From Octopus bimaculoides (lineage: Eukaryota), in the NCBI RefSeq assembly GCF_001194135.2, contig NC_068982.1, forward strand, positions 76,922,587 through 76,962,535: a stretch of 39,949 bases of DNA, read 5' to 3'. The position numbers were made by a program, and so were the translations under genes. The notes under the pieces are model-generated. The model had not been told where the DNA came from, searched no databases, and was given only the letters and a program-made list of their open reading frames with translations. This document shows positions 12,701 through 21,488 of the stretch, one piece after another. Each line of letters starts with the position of its first letter. The first letter of the stretch is position 1.

Positions 12701-14716
12701 TTTCTTTTTTTGCTCTTTATTTACCAACAACTACTGACACTCTACAAGGTTCAAGTGAAGCCCAGAGTGGTCTACAGTGCCTGCATCAGGAACAGTGCTG
12801 CAGCTGCAGAGCAACACACGGACATACTAAACTGCATGCAGAGAAGAGCCATTTGACTGATTGACATTTAACCCCTTAGCAGAAATCATATCAAGCATTC
12901 ATGTAGGACCCCACAATGAGAGATCTTATCAGAGTGCCTTGCTAAAAAAATCTCCCCATAGCTCTTGCCAAATTTAGATGCATCAAGAAAGCTACTGAAT
13001 CTGTCAACCATGAAGTAATTGCCATTGGTCTATCAGAGGATATAGCTGACCTTCTGGAATTTGCTGCCAGGTCATCCAAAGACCTAGGCTGTGTTCCCCA
13101 GAAGGATGCTCTCTGCCTTGGTCAACCAGGTCCGAAACTCAGACTAATCACGCTGTCTTTTTCAAAAAAGGGTGAGAGATAGGATTAAAAATTTTTTAAT
13201 CTGGGGGTTTTTTGACAAAAATAGGAACATTTTTTTTTTATAAACACAAGCAAAAAGGGGTGTGGAATTTATTGGACATGTCCACCTGGTTAGCCAAAAC
13301 AAACCCAATAATTTAATGTAAGATACAAATCTATGAGTTTGTAAGATTAAAAATTCATCATTTTTTATCTCAACACAGAAGTGTTCCCACCCACATTGCA
13401 ATTTGCCTCTGGTACAGTAAAGGTTCACCTTGCCTTAGTAAAGCAGCTCCTTTGGTAGCTTATTTTTTCAAAATCTATATGCAGGAGAAGCTGATATATT
13501 CATCATCATCATTTAACATCTGTTTTCCATGCTGGCATAGGTTGGACAACTCGACAGGAACTGACAAAGTCAGGGACCACACCAGGTTCCATAGTCTGTT
13601 TTGGCTTGGTTTCTACAGCTGGATATCCTTCCTAATGCCAACCACACCACACAGTGTACTGGGTGCTCTTTATGTGGCACCATCACAGATGCTTTTTAAG
13701 TGGCATCAGCACCTGTGCTTTTCACGTGGCACCTTGGTCTTAGGACCTCAATTTTGTTGTGATGGGTGGATCTTCTCAATGCACCACTTATCTTGGTCTT
13801 TTGTTATCTTNNNNNNNNNNNNNNNNNNNNNNNNNNNNNNNNNNNNNNNNNNNNNNNNNNNNNNNNNNNNNNNNNNNNNNNNNNNNNNNNNNNNNNNNNN
13901 NNNNNNNNNNNNNNNNNNNNNNNNNNNNNNNNNNNNNNNNNNNNNNNNNNNNNNNNNNNNNNNNNNNNNNNNNNNNNNNNNNNNNNNNNNNNNNNNNNNN
14001 NNNNNNNNNNNNNNNNNNNNNNNNNNNNNNNNNNNNNNNNNNNNNNNNNNNNNNNNNNNNNNNNNNNNNNNNNNNNNNNNNNNNNNNNNNNNNNNNNNNN
14101 NNNNNNNNNNNNNNNNNNNNNNNNNNNNNNNNNNNNNNNNNNNNNNNNNNNNNNNNNNNNNNNNNNNNNNNNNNNNNNNNNNNNNNNNNNNNNNNNNNNN
14201 NNNNNNNNNNNNNNNNNNNNNNNNNNNNNNNNNNNNNNNNNNNNNNNNNNNNNNNNNNNNNNNNNNNNNNNNNNNNNNNNNNNNNNNNNNNNNNNNNNNN
14301 NNNNNNNNNNNNNNNNNNNNNNNNNNNNNNNNNNNNNNNNNNNNNNNNNNNNNNNNNNNNNNNNNNNNNNNNNNNNNNNNNNNNNNNNNNNNNNNNNNNN
14401 NNNNNNNNNNNNNNNNNNNNNNNNNNNNNNNNNNNNNNNNNNNNNNNNNNNNNNNNNNNNNNNNNNNNNNNNNNNNNNNNNNNNNNNNNNNNNNNNNNNN
14501 NNNNNNNNNNNNNNNNNNNNNNNNNNNNNNNNNNNNNNNNNNNNNNNNNNNNNNNNNNNNNNNNNNNNNNNNNNNNNNNNNNNNNNNNNNNNNNNNNNNN
14601 NNNNNNNNNNNNNNNNNNNNNNNNNNNNNNNNNNNNNNNTTTTACCAAACTACTAAGTTACAGGGACATAAACATGCCAACACTGGTTGTCAAGCAGTGA
14701 TGGGGGACAAACACAG

Positions 14717-14749
<33 letters not shown>

Positions 14750-17700
14750 CATATATACAACAGGCTTCTTTCAGTTTCTATCTACCAAATCCACTCACAA
14801 GTGTTTAGTCAACCCAAGGCTATAGTAGAAGACACTTGCCCAAGGTATCATACAATGGGACTGAACCCAGAACCTTGTGGTTGGAAAATAAGCCTCTTGC
14901 CACAACTACGCCTAACAACATACACCATACAGCCTATAACAACAGTTGTTACATACAACCTATAATAATTGTTACATACAGCCTATAACAGTAGCTGTTA
15001 CATACAGCCTGTAATAACAGTTACACATAACGTATAGTAATAACTGATAGATATAGCCCAGGTAAAACAAAGCCTTGTTAGTGGATTTGGTGACAACAGC
15101 TACACACATCCTATAACAATAGCCATTACACACAGCAGTGTTTACGCGTTTTTTATGTTTCACTCCCAACCTAAGTTAAGGGTCCAATGATATATTCTAT
15201 TCAGAATCAATATCTAATTCTATTCTCTTGTCTGCTCATGTTCCATGCCTACAGGCATCAACAATCGTGGAGTTCATTGACAAAGTCTGAAGATTCATGA
15301 TTTTTATTAGGAAAGACACATCAGTGATTTTCTGGTACTTTCTGATTTATTTACAGTTTACTCTGCTAGTCTCCTACCCCTTCCAAGCTTATTCTTGAGG
15401 CACTGGTAGAGAGACTAGTTCACATGACAATAAGGGCATAACTACACATCAGTGGGCCTCTGTAACATATCTAGAGTCCAGCTCTCTTTTGAGCCCTGTA
15501 TACCTTCGCCACAGGACTCCTTTATGACCTGTAATGGGAGCTCATGACAGGTACTACCACCCTGGGTCAGGGCAGACTTGAAAGTGGTGGTGACTAAGGA
15601 ATAACTTCATACTTCCTATAACTCCTAAATTGCCCAGCTGGAACCTCACCACTGAATGCGGTCATCTCTTACTTGGGACACAATTTCATACTTAGTTTTT
15701 AACTCTCAGTTATGACATGGCAAGGGAATAATACTGCTTGGTGTGGCTGTGTGGTTAAGAATTTTGCTTTCTAATCACCTGATTTCAGGTTCAGCCCCAT
15801 CGTGTGGTAATTCAGGCCAAGTATTTTCTACTTTAAGCCCAGGTAAAACAAAGCCTTGTGAGTGGATTTGGTTGGTGGAAATTGATGGCAGCCCGTTTTA
15901 TATGTGTGTGTATGTGTAAGAGAAAGAGTTAAATTGTTAGTGGCTCTTTGGTCTGACATTGTGTGGTAGTTGTAAATGAATGTCACTGTCATACAAGCAG
16001 TATCATTTATTTCTAATATTTTGCAAAAACAAGATTGGCCATGAGGAAATATTACCTTGCTTGGAAACAGGTGAGGGCTGGCAACAAGAAGGGCATTTGG
16101 TTGTACAAGATCTGCTTCAATAAACTTTGTCCAGCCCATACATGTATGGAAAAGTGGACGTTAAAACAATGACAACTCCAGATTAGTGAATGCACCAAAT
16201 ACATCTACATGTAAGATCACATAACGAGAAATTGTTATGTTTTGTAGATACACCGACATTGACAAACACTTTTAAACCACTGTCTCAATTTGAACTCATA
16301 TCTGTTTTCTACTCCTATCGTTTCTGTAACATAAATACACTTGATGTGTTTGCTTAACCTCACCTTATTATTTTTGCATCTTCTAGATGTTACGAAAATT
16401 ATGTTTCGAGTATGTGTTTTATATCTCTCTTTCTCAGTTGTTCATTCATAAAATTACACCTGCTCAGAAGATGCTTCTTATTTTCCAGTCTCAGTAATTT
16501 ATATCGACAATTCAAAAATGAAGGGACATAACTTTGTTAAAGGGAAACAATTCTGTAACTCACTCATCACTATTATTTTAATCGATTCCTGTTGATAAGT
16601 CCATCTTTCCTAAGGAGGGGTGGAACTGAGATAGTTGATTCCTTCGAATCAAATATATTACTGAGTCGTTGATTTAAAGGGCTGAGATGTATGTAACATT
16701 TCACTGTTACAACATACAACTATGTCCAACAATGATAATGGTTTCAAATTTCGGCACAAGGTCACCAATTGTAGGAGAGGATTAGTTAAACACATCGACT
16801 CCCAGCAATGACTTGGACTTTCTTTTATTGACATGGAAAGGATGAAAAAGTTGGCCTCGGCAGGTTTTGAACTCAGAACGTAAAGAACTAGGAGAAATAC
16901 CAACAAGTATTTTGTCTGATGCGTATCTATATATATATACAACAAAATTTTAAACTTTGGAATGGAGTTACCCAAGGTTTCGCATTACAAAGCCAAAGCT
17001 TTGTGGACAGCTCATCAGACTCTATATAAAGACAAAAAAATTTAATTTCTACGTCACGGGCATGAGGAAACGCTCGGGAATCGAGAAATGTCATAACAAA
17101 AAACATTAATGAGGACGGGTCATCTCCCCTGAACCAGAGGCGGGGGAAAAACTCTTATAGACCCGAAGAGACCTAACCAGCAAACGGGAGATCCAGTTTT
17201 TCAGTAAGTAGCACTTGAAGTGGACACATTTAGAAAACATTTCTTTACAACTATCTAACGTGCCAGGTTTCATATAGTCCTTAAGAATTTTCGCTCTCTC
17301 TCCAGCATGTAGACCTTGCAACAGCCGCTTCCATTAATATATGGGCCCAGATGATCAATTAATTTCCACCTGATATCACACAGAACCCCTTGGTCTTTGA
17401 GGTATCACACATGACAAGCCAGGGACATGACCAACTGTCTTTCTGGGACTCTGAAGGATGACTGGTGGTTAAGAAAACGTTGCTTGAAAGAAGTACTCAC
17501 AGATCCAATATATTTACGAACATGGGATGTGGCCCAAATCACACCCCTGGTAACATATGGTGCAGGGCCAATCATCCCATTGGTGTCGAAGATAATTATT
17601 TGGTCATCATCTTTAGTGGCGGTACTGGGAACAGCAGATACCTCCTCCATGTCGCTGGTCCTGGATTGGTCAGCATTTCTAGGTGTGGGAATTGTACTGG

Positions 17701-17861
17701 TGGTAACATACATTGCGAGCGTGGCCACTCTATTGTAGATGCAAAACCTTGGGTAACTCTATGTCCAAGATATAAAATTTTGTTGTAACAATTACTGCTC
17801 TAATCTTTAGAGTGTGCGTCTTTCTGATATATGTTTTTTTTTTATTAACTATATACATACG

Positions 17862-17903
<42 letters not shown>

Positions 17904-20900
17904 AAGGTGCATGGCTCAGTGATTAGAGAATCCAGCTTACAATCGCGAGGTTGTGAGTTCAAATCCCAGACCGGGCTGCATGTTTTGTTCTTGAGCAAGA
18001 CACTCTATTTCACGTTGCTCCAGTTCACTCAGCTGTAGAAATGAGTCGCGACGTCACAGGTGCCAAGCTGTATCGGCCTTTGCCTTTCCCTTGGATAACA
18101 CTGGTGGCGTGGAGAGGGGAGGCCAGTATGCATGGGCGACTACTGCTCTTCCATAAACAACCTTGCCTGGACTTGTGCCTCGGAGGGTAACTTTCTAGGT
18201 GCAATCGCATGGTCAGTCATGACTGAAGAGGGTCTCAGCATATATATATATATATATACAGGGGTTGGACAAAATAATGGAAACACCTAGCATCATAATT
18301 TTGAAATATCTATAAAACCGTCAAAAGCTTGTTTATTTTTATGTTTTTTTATTTATTATTAGTGTTACTTAATATGTTTTGCTAAAATTGCTGTTTCTTT
18401 TCAGATATTATCAAAAAAAGGTAATTAAAAGTCATTAAAATGACAGATCAATCAGATTTTCAAAGAGGTCAAATTATTGGTGCTCGTATGGCAGGCGCTA
18501 GCGTAACGAAAACAGCCAAAATGTTTGTATCAAGAAGTACTGTCTCGAAAGTAATGAGTCTTTGAGAAAGAGGGAAAAACCTCCTCGTTGAAACAAAATT
18601 CCAGAAGAAAAACAAGACTTTCAGATAGGGACTGTCGGACTCTTACACAAATTATTAGAAAGGATCACAAAAGTACAGCTCCCAAAATTACTGCAGAGCT
18701 TAATGACCACCTCAAGAACCCAGTTTCTACAAAAACTGTTCGCCAGGAGCTGCACAAAGCCAGATTTCATAGGAGGGCTGCAATCAGAAAACCACTACTA
18801 CGTTACAAAGCATTTAGAGTGGAGTAAAAACCTACAGAATTGGTCCTTAGAGCAGTGGAAGAATGTTATTTTCTTGGACAAATCATCCTTTACCTTATTT
18901 CTGACCACCGAGTATACGTGTGGAGACAGCCAAAAGAAGCATTTGATCCAGACTGCCTTCTTCTAACAGTTAAACATGGAGGAGGATCTGTGATGATCTG
19001 GGTATATCTATATTTTGGAAATCCACTGGCCCAATGGTTTCNNNNNNNNNNNNNNNNNNNNNNNNNNNNNNNNNNNNNNNNNNNNNNNNNNNNNNNNNNN
19101 NNNNNNNNNNNNNNNNNNNNNNNNNNNNNNNNNNNNNNNNNNNNNNNNNNNNNNNNNNNNNNNNNNNNNNNNNNNNNNNNNNNNNNNNNNNNNNNNNNNN
19201 NNNNNNNNNNNNNNNNNNNNNNNNNNNNNNNNNNNNNNNNNNNNNNNNNNNNNNNNNNNNNNNNNNNNNNNNNNNNNNNNNNNNNNNNNNNNNNNNNNNN
19301 NNNNNNNNNNNNNNNNNNNNNNNNCTTATCTGACCACTACAATCCCCAGATCTCGATATATTTTTGAACATTTACGGTGCATTTCAGAAAAACAAGTAAG
19401 GAGTCAATATCCTCCACCATCATCACTACAAGAATTGTAGACTGTTTTAGCTGAAGAATGGACAAAAATTCCTTTGGAAACAATTCAAACTTTGTACGAG
19501 CCATACCTCGTAGAATTCAAGCTGTAATTACTGCCAAAGGCGGTCCTACCCCATATTAAAATAAATTTTAAATTCTAAGGTGTTTCCATTATTTTGTCCA
19601 ACCCCTGTATATATATATATATATATATAAATTTGCACAAAGCATAGGGATGCTTAAAAAGCATACACCTACTAGAAATAAGAGCTCATGTCTTAAATTA
19701 ATCCACCATACAGCACCAAGATAACAGAGAAAAACGGAAAGAATACATTCAACAGCACCAAAATAATATTATGCAGTTTAACTGGATTAATTTAAGACTT
19801 TAGTTCTTATTTCTAGCAGGTGTATGCTTTTTAAGCATCATTATGGTTTGTGTAAATTTATAATTCATAGCTATATAATTCTATTTTGCCTGCAATCTAC
19901 CTTATGTTACTGCTGTTGATACCATCAATTTTAAACTTTATCCATAGTCTTATTTCAAATCTTAGTGTTTGAATGTTTTGTTTATATATATATATATATA
20001 TATATACCCTTTTTCAGGTGACTTTTGACCACTGCAATGCATTTGTTGATGAGTGGATTCTAGTTGAAGAAGAAACAATTGCAAAAGCTATTTATTTTAT
20101 GCTTTCCCAACATCAAATGGTAAGTTTTCTTTTTATTTGTTCACTTTTAGATAACAAATGATTAAAACAATTTTGTTATTCTTTACTGCCATGATTTTGT
20201 TCAAGACACTTCCTTTAATTTAAGGATGTCTTGAGACATTTTTACTATCTTCTTTGTTTTCCAACTGAGGGAACAATATATCTTCCTAGAGCCACACACC
20301 TGCTCCTGTCCCTCTATCATACTTTAATTTCTCAACACCTGACATAATATCACTTCCCTCAACACTACTCCCACCTCAGCTGAGGTCTTGTCTTGCAAGT
20401 TGCTTGGCAAAGTCATTAGTGCTGGTGCCATGTAAAAATGCATCCAGTACCCTCTTTAAAACATCAGCTTTGTGAAGGGCATCCAGCTGTAGAAACCATG
20501 TCAAAGCAGACATTGAAGTTTGGTGTTCTCTGGCTCACCTGTTCCTGTTGTACCTAAATCCATGCTAGCATGGAAAACAGACATTAAATGATGATTTCAT
20601 AACCATTGCATTTCTTTCATGGCATGGGGAGGGGTTTTTTTTTTTTTTCCTTTTCCATGAGAAAGATATCTGCAATCTATCTAAAGATTATTACGGATGC
20701 ACCATCATTCCACCACCACCACCCCAAACATGACATTCATTTTGAGCCCTTATGATCACTTCTATCACTTAGGATCTCTTAACACAGCTAGGATTAGTAT
20801 CCAAAAACTGGTTCATGAAAGACTTCAGCTTTAAATAATTATCAATGATGTTCTACAAAGTTCAAGTAACATCTACAATGCAGTAATGCCTTCACGTCTA

Positions 20901-21488
20901 GGACTACTGCTTCTACAAACTTGGTCTGCATCCATAGAAGGGCCACTTGACTAATTGGCTCCAGGCCCACATACATAGAACTACTTGATTGATTGGCTCC
21001 AGCCTGTTTACCATCTCTTTTCTATTGCTATTATGACCTCTGTTCTTTAGAAATAACAGATGTTGTACTCCCTCCACCATCTTTACACTAATCATTGTCC
21101 AGTTCTTCCTCCCCATTTTGGAATTTCTTCTACAGTCATGCCAAGGTTGACCTACAACAGTTTAAACAGGACATTGACATCAATCTTACCGATCTATAGA
21201 CGGCATGCAAGGGTCATTGACTCTGCCTCTTCCAGTGTCGACCTCAGATCATAAAATGACAAAATCGTAAGACACTGAACACAGCCATTCTAACAGTGCA
21301 CTAACTACACCAAGGTACAATAATAATTTATCTTTTTCTTGCAGGTTATTGAAGGGGCTGCAGGAGTTTCTCTTGGAGCATTTATGGCCAATGTTTCTCG
21401 GTTCGCTGGACAGAAAAGTGTTATAGTCGCCTGTGGTGCCAACATTTCCATGACTAAACTAAAGGATATCATTAACACATCAATGTAA
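751..21488 (+). CDS. Spliced gene for a PLP-dependent serine/threonine dehydratase (serine racemase family), no ACT regulatory domain; exons 751-757, 3167-3319, 4600-4733, 5686-5844, 6573-6640, 12549-12663, [one exon missing], 20018-20119, 21345-21488
   Basis: Manual splicing with GT-AG junctions and consistent phases gives [71 protein letters not shown]...[13 protein letters not shown]...[44 protein letters not shown]...[11 protein letters not shown]...[22 protein letters not shown]. It contains the PLP lysine motif (SFKxRGA), the SxGNH loop, AGQGT, the GGGG phosphate-binding loop and CGxN. 882 coding nt are visible. Confidence 0.9.
3167..3319 (+). CDS. Dehydratase exon 2
   Basis: tttcag|AG AAT...AAA TGT G|gtaagt; 153 nt; encodes ...[24 protein letters not shown]. 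Confidence 0.88.
4191..4516 (+). repeat. 24-bp (GT-rich) minisatellite (~5 units) plus SINE 3' body
   Basis: ATGTGTTTGCACGTGTGTGTGTGC-type units to ~4310, then the SINE body CTTGACAACC..TGTTGGTGTGTTT...CCAGCATGGCxGCAGTC..ATGACTG. Confidence 0.75.
4600..4733 (+). CDS. Dehydratase exon 3 (PLP lysine, STGNH loop)
   Basis: cttctag|AA AAC TTG CAG...GCT TGT|gtaagt; 134 nt; [14 protein letters not shown]...[10 protein letters not shown]. Confidence 0.93.
5686..5844 (+). CDS. Dehydratase exon 4
   Basis: accag|ACA GAA...TCA GAA|gtaagt; 159 nt; [53 protein letters not shown]. Confidence 0.9.
5974..6358 (-). mobile_element. RTE-type 3' UTR fragment flanked by a ~60-bp direct duplication
   Basis: (GAT)n-like tail at the left end and the ATGCCCTTCCTAAC.CCAAC motif shared with other copies; flanks 5912-5973 and 6359-6419 share TATGAAGAACCTTACTTCAA. 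Confidence 0.55.
6573..6640 (+). CDS. Dehydratase exon 5
   Basis: ttgcag|GAA AAG...ATA GG|gtttgt; 68 nt; [23 protein letters not shown]. Confidence 0.9.
6925..7076 (-). mobile_element. tRNA-derived SINE
   Basis: Reverse complement of the SINE head/body seen at 299-463. Confidence 0.7.
7581..10298 (+). mobile_element. Degenerate hAT DNA transposon (fragmented transposase ~8071-10024) in dehydratase intron 5
   Basis: Frameshifted pieces: zinc-finger-like CxCC...H N-terminus, [12 protein letters not shown] (first catalytic D), [19 protein letters not shown] (CxxH), QTRWL, and C-terminal dimerisation motif [19 protein letters not shown]. Imperfect TIRs cagtgatgccactga (7581) / tgagtggcaatcctg (ends 10298; 11/15 match). 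TCTGGGTTT-like subterminal repeats at both ends; TSD eroded. Confidence 0.85.
10491..10833 (+). mobile_element. tRNA-derived SINE (near full length)
   Basis: Head GGTATGGCCATGTAGTAAGAAG...GGTTCAGTCCC, body, (TG)n, and CCAGCATGGCCACAGTCCAATGACTGAAAC tail. Confidence 0.75.
11201..11345 (+). mobile_element. tRNA-derived SINE (5' part)
   Basis: Same head/body motifs, more diverged. Confidence 0.6.
11800..12010 (+). mobile_element. SINE 3' body
   Basis: Homologous to 4311-4516. Confidence 0.65.
12549..12663 (+). CDS. Dehydratase exon 6
   Basis: tttttag|A CTT GAA...ATA AAA|gtaagt; 115 nt; [38 protein letters not shown]. Confidence 0.93.
12750..12862 (+). mobile_element. CR1/Jockey-group LINE fragment (end of RT ORF)
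   Basis: Reads [17 protein letters not shown]...[15 protein letters not shown], resembling the LYKxxVRPxLEY...LxRIQRRAxRLI C-terminal motif of these LINEs. Confidence 0.5.
14645..14905 (-). mobile_element. tRNA-derived SINE
   Basis: Reverse complement of the same SINE family with internal (CA)n(TA)n. Confidence 0.7.
14926..15023. repeat. Minisatellite, 26/23/26/23-bp units (CATACAGCCTATAAC...GTTA)
   Basis: Four adjacent units starting at 14926, 14952, 14975 and 15001. Confidence 0.85.
15735..16170 (+). mobile_element. tRNA-derived SINE with alternative (RTE-like) 3' tail
   Basis: Same head as the other copies, then GGAAACAGGTGAGGG...AAGGGCATT...GGAAAAGTGGACGTTAAAAC tail, also seen at ~6710-6885 and ~22480-22650. 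Confidence 0.65.
16940..17785 (-). mobile_element. 5'-truncated Penelope-like element (GIY-YIG endonuclease remnant) with inverted terminal repeat copy
   Basis: Minus strand reads [30 protein letters not shown]...SLACHV*YLKDQG...[19 protein letters not shown]..[frameshift]..AKIL...KEMFSKCVH, a Penelope-type GIY-YIG domain. Inverted end repeats caacaaaattttaaac...ttacccaaggtttcgc (16940-16983) and gcaaaaccttgggtaactc...aaaattttgttg (17741-17785), each flanked by TA. Confidence 0.75.
16965..17022 (-). ncRNA. Minimal type I hammerhead ribozyme in the Penelope terminal repeat
   Basis: Minus strand: GAGT-CTGATGA-GC tgtcc ACAAAGC tttg GCTTTGT aat GC-GAA-ACC ttg GGT-A-ACTC. All core nucleotides are present, with a G10.1-C11.1 pair, stem I GAGT/ACTC, a short stem III and a GUA cleavage triplet (cut between 16969 and 16968). 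Confidence 0.8.
17903..18236 (+). mobile_element. tRNA-derived SINE with a CORE/Meta-like central domain
   Basis: A-box TGGCTCAGTG, B-box GAGTTCAAATCC, then TTGAGCAAGACACT...TTGCTCCAGTTCACTCAGCTGTAGAAATG. Confidence 0.7.
18259..19607 (+). mobile_element. Tc1-family DNA transposon, full length but decayed (transposase ~18440-19559, middle in gap)
   Basis: Perfect 30-bp TIRs CAGGGGTTGGACAAAATAATGGAAACACCT / reverse complement, inside (TA)n. Translation [19 protein letters not shown]...KITAEL...RKPLL...W..VIF.D.S.F...[11 protein letters not shown]...[12 protein letters not shown] with stops and frameshifts. Confidence 0.95.
19627..19861. mobile_element. Foldback/MITE: 79-bp inverted arms around a 77-bp spacer
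   Basis: Arms 19627-19705 and 19783-19861 are reverse complements with about 10 mismatches; the spacer holds the direct repeat cagcaccaa(g/a)ataa twice. Confidence 0.75.
20018..20119 (+). CDS. Dehydratase exon 8 (exon 7 not visible)
   Basis: ttttcag|GTG ACT...CAA ATG|gtaagt; 102 nt; [34 protein letters not shown]. Confidence 0.88.
21345..21488 (+). CDS. Dehydratase last exon
   Basis: cttgcag|GTT ATT GAA GGG GCT GCA GGA...ATG TAA; 144 nt; [47 protein letters not shown]. Confidence 0.9.
   Translation, partial: VIEGAAGVSLGAFMANVSRFAGQKSVIVACGANISMTKLKDIINTSM

Noticed and set aside
12900-13170. Open frame [19 protein letters not shown]... as the missing dehydratase exon
   Set aside because: No family motif (TLxDG, GxQP) and no suitable splice sites; probably a decayed repeat.
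13452-14825. Long ORFs in the track (also 18840-19440, 36522-37211, 37896-39072)
   Set aside because: They are open only because they run through N gaps.
14926-15023. CRISPR-like appearance of short repeats (also 37986-38095)
   Set aside because: Units are contiguous without unique spacers, there are no cas genes, and the context is eukaryotic.
17903-17975. tRNA gene candidates (also 24405-24478 and the SINE heads)
   Set aside because: A and B boxes are present, but there is no complete cloverleaf or acceptor stem and each continues into a repeat body; these are SINE or retroelement modules.
20930-21230. Possible minus-strand RTE C-terminal remnant (GRKNW...)
   Set aside because: Too degraded to call confidently.
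751-21488. Bacterial contamination as the source of the dehydratase
   Set aside because: The gene has canonical spliceosomal introns filled with host repeats.
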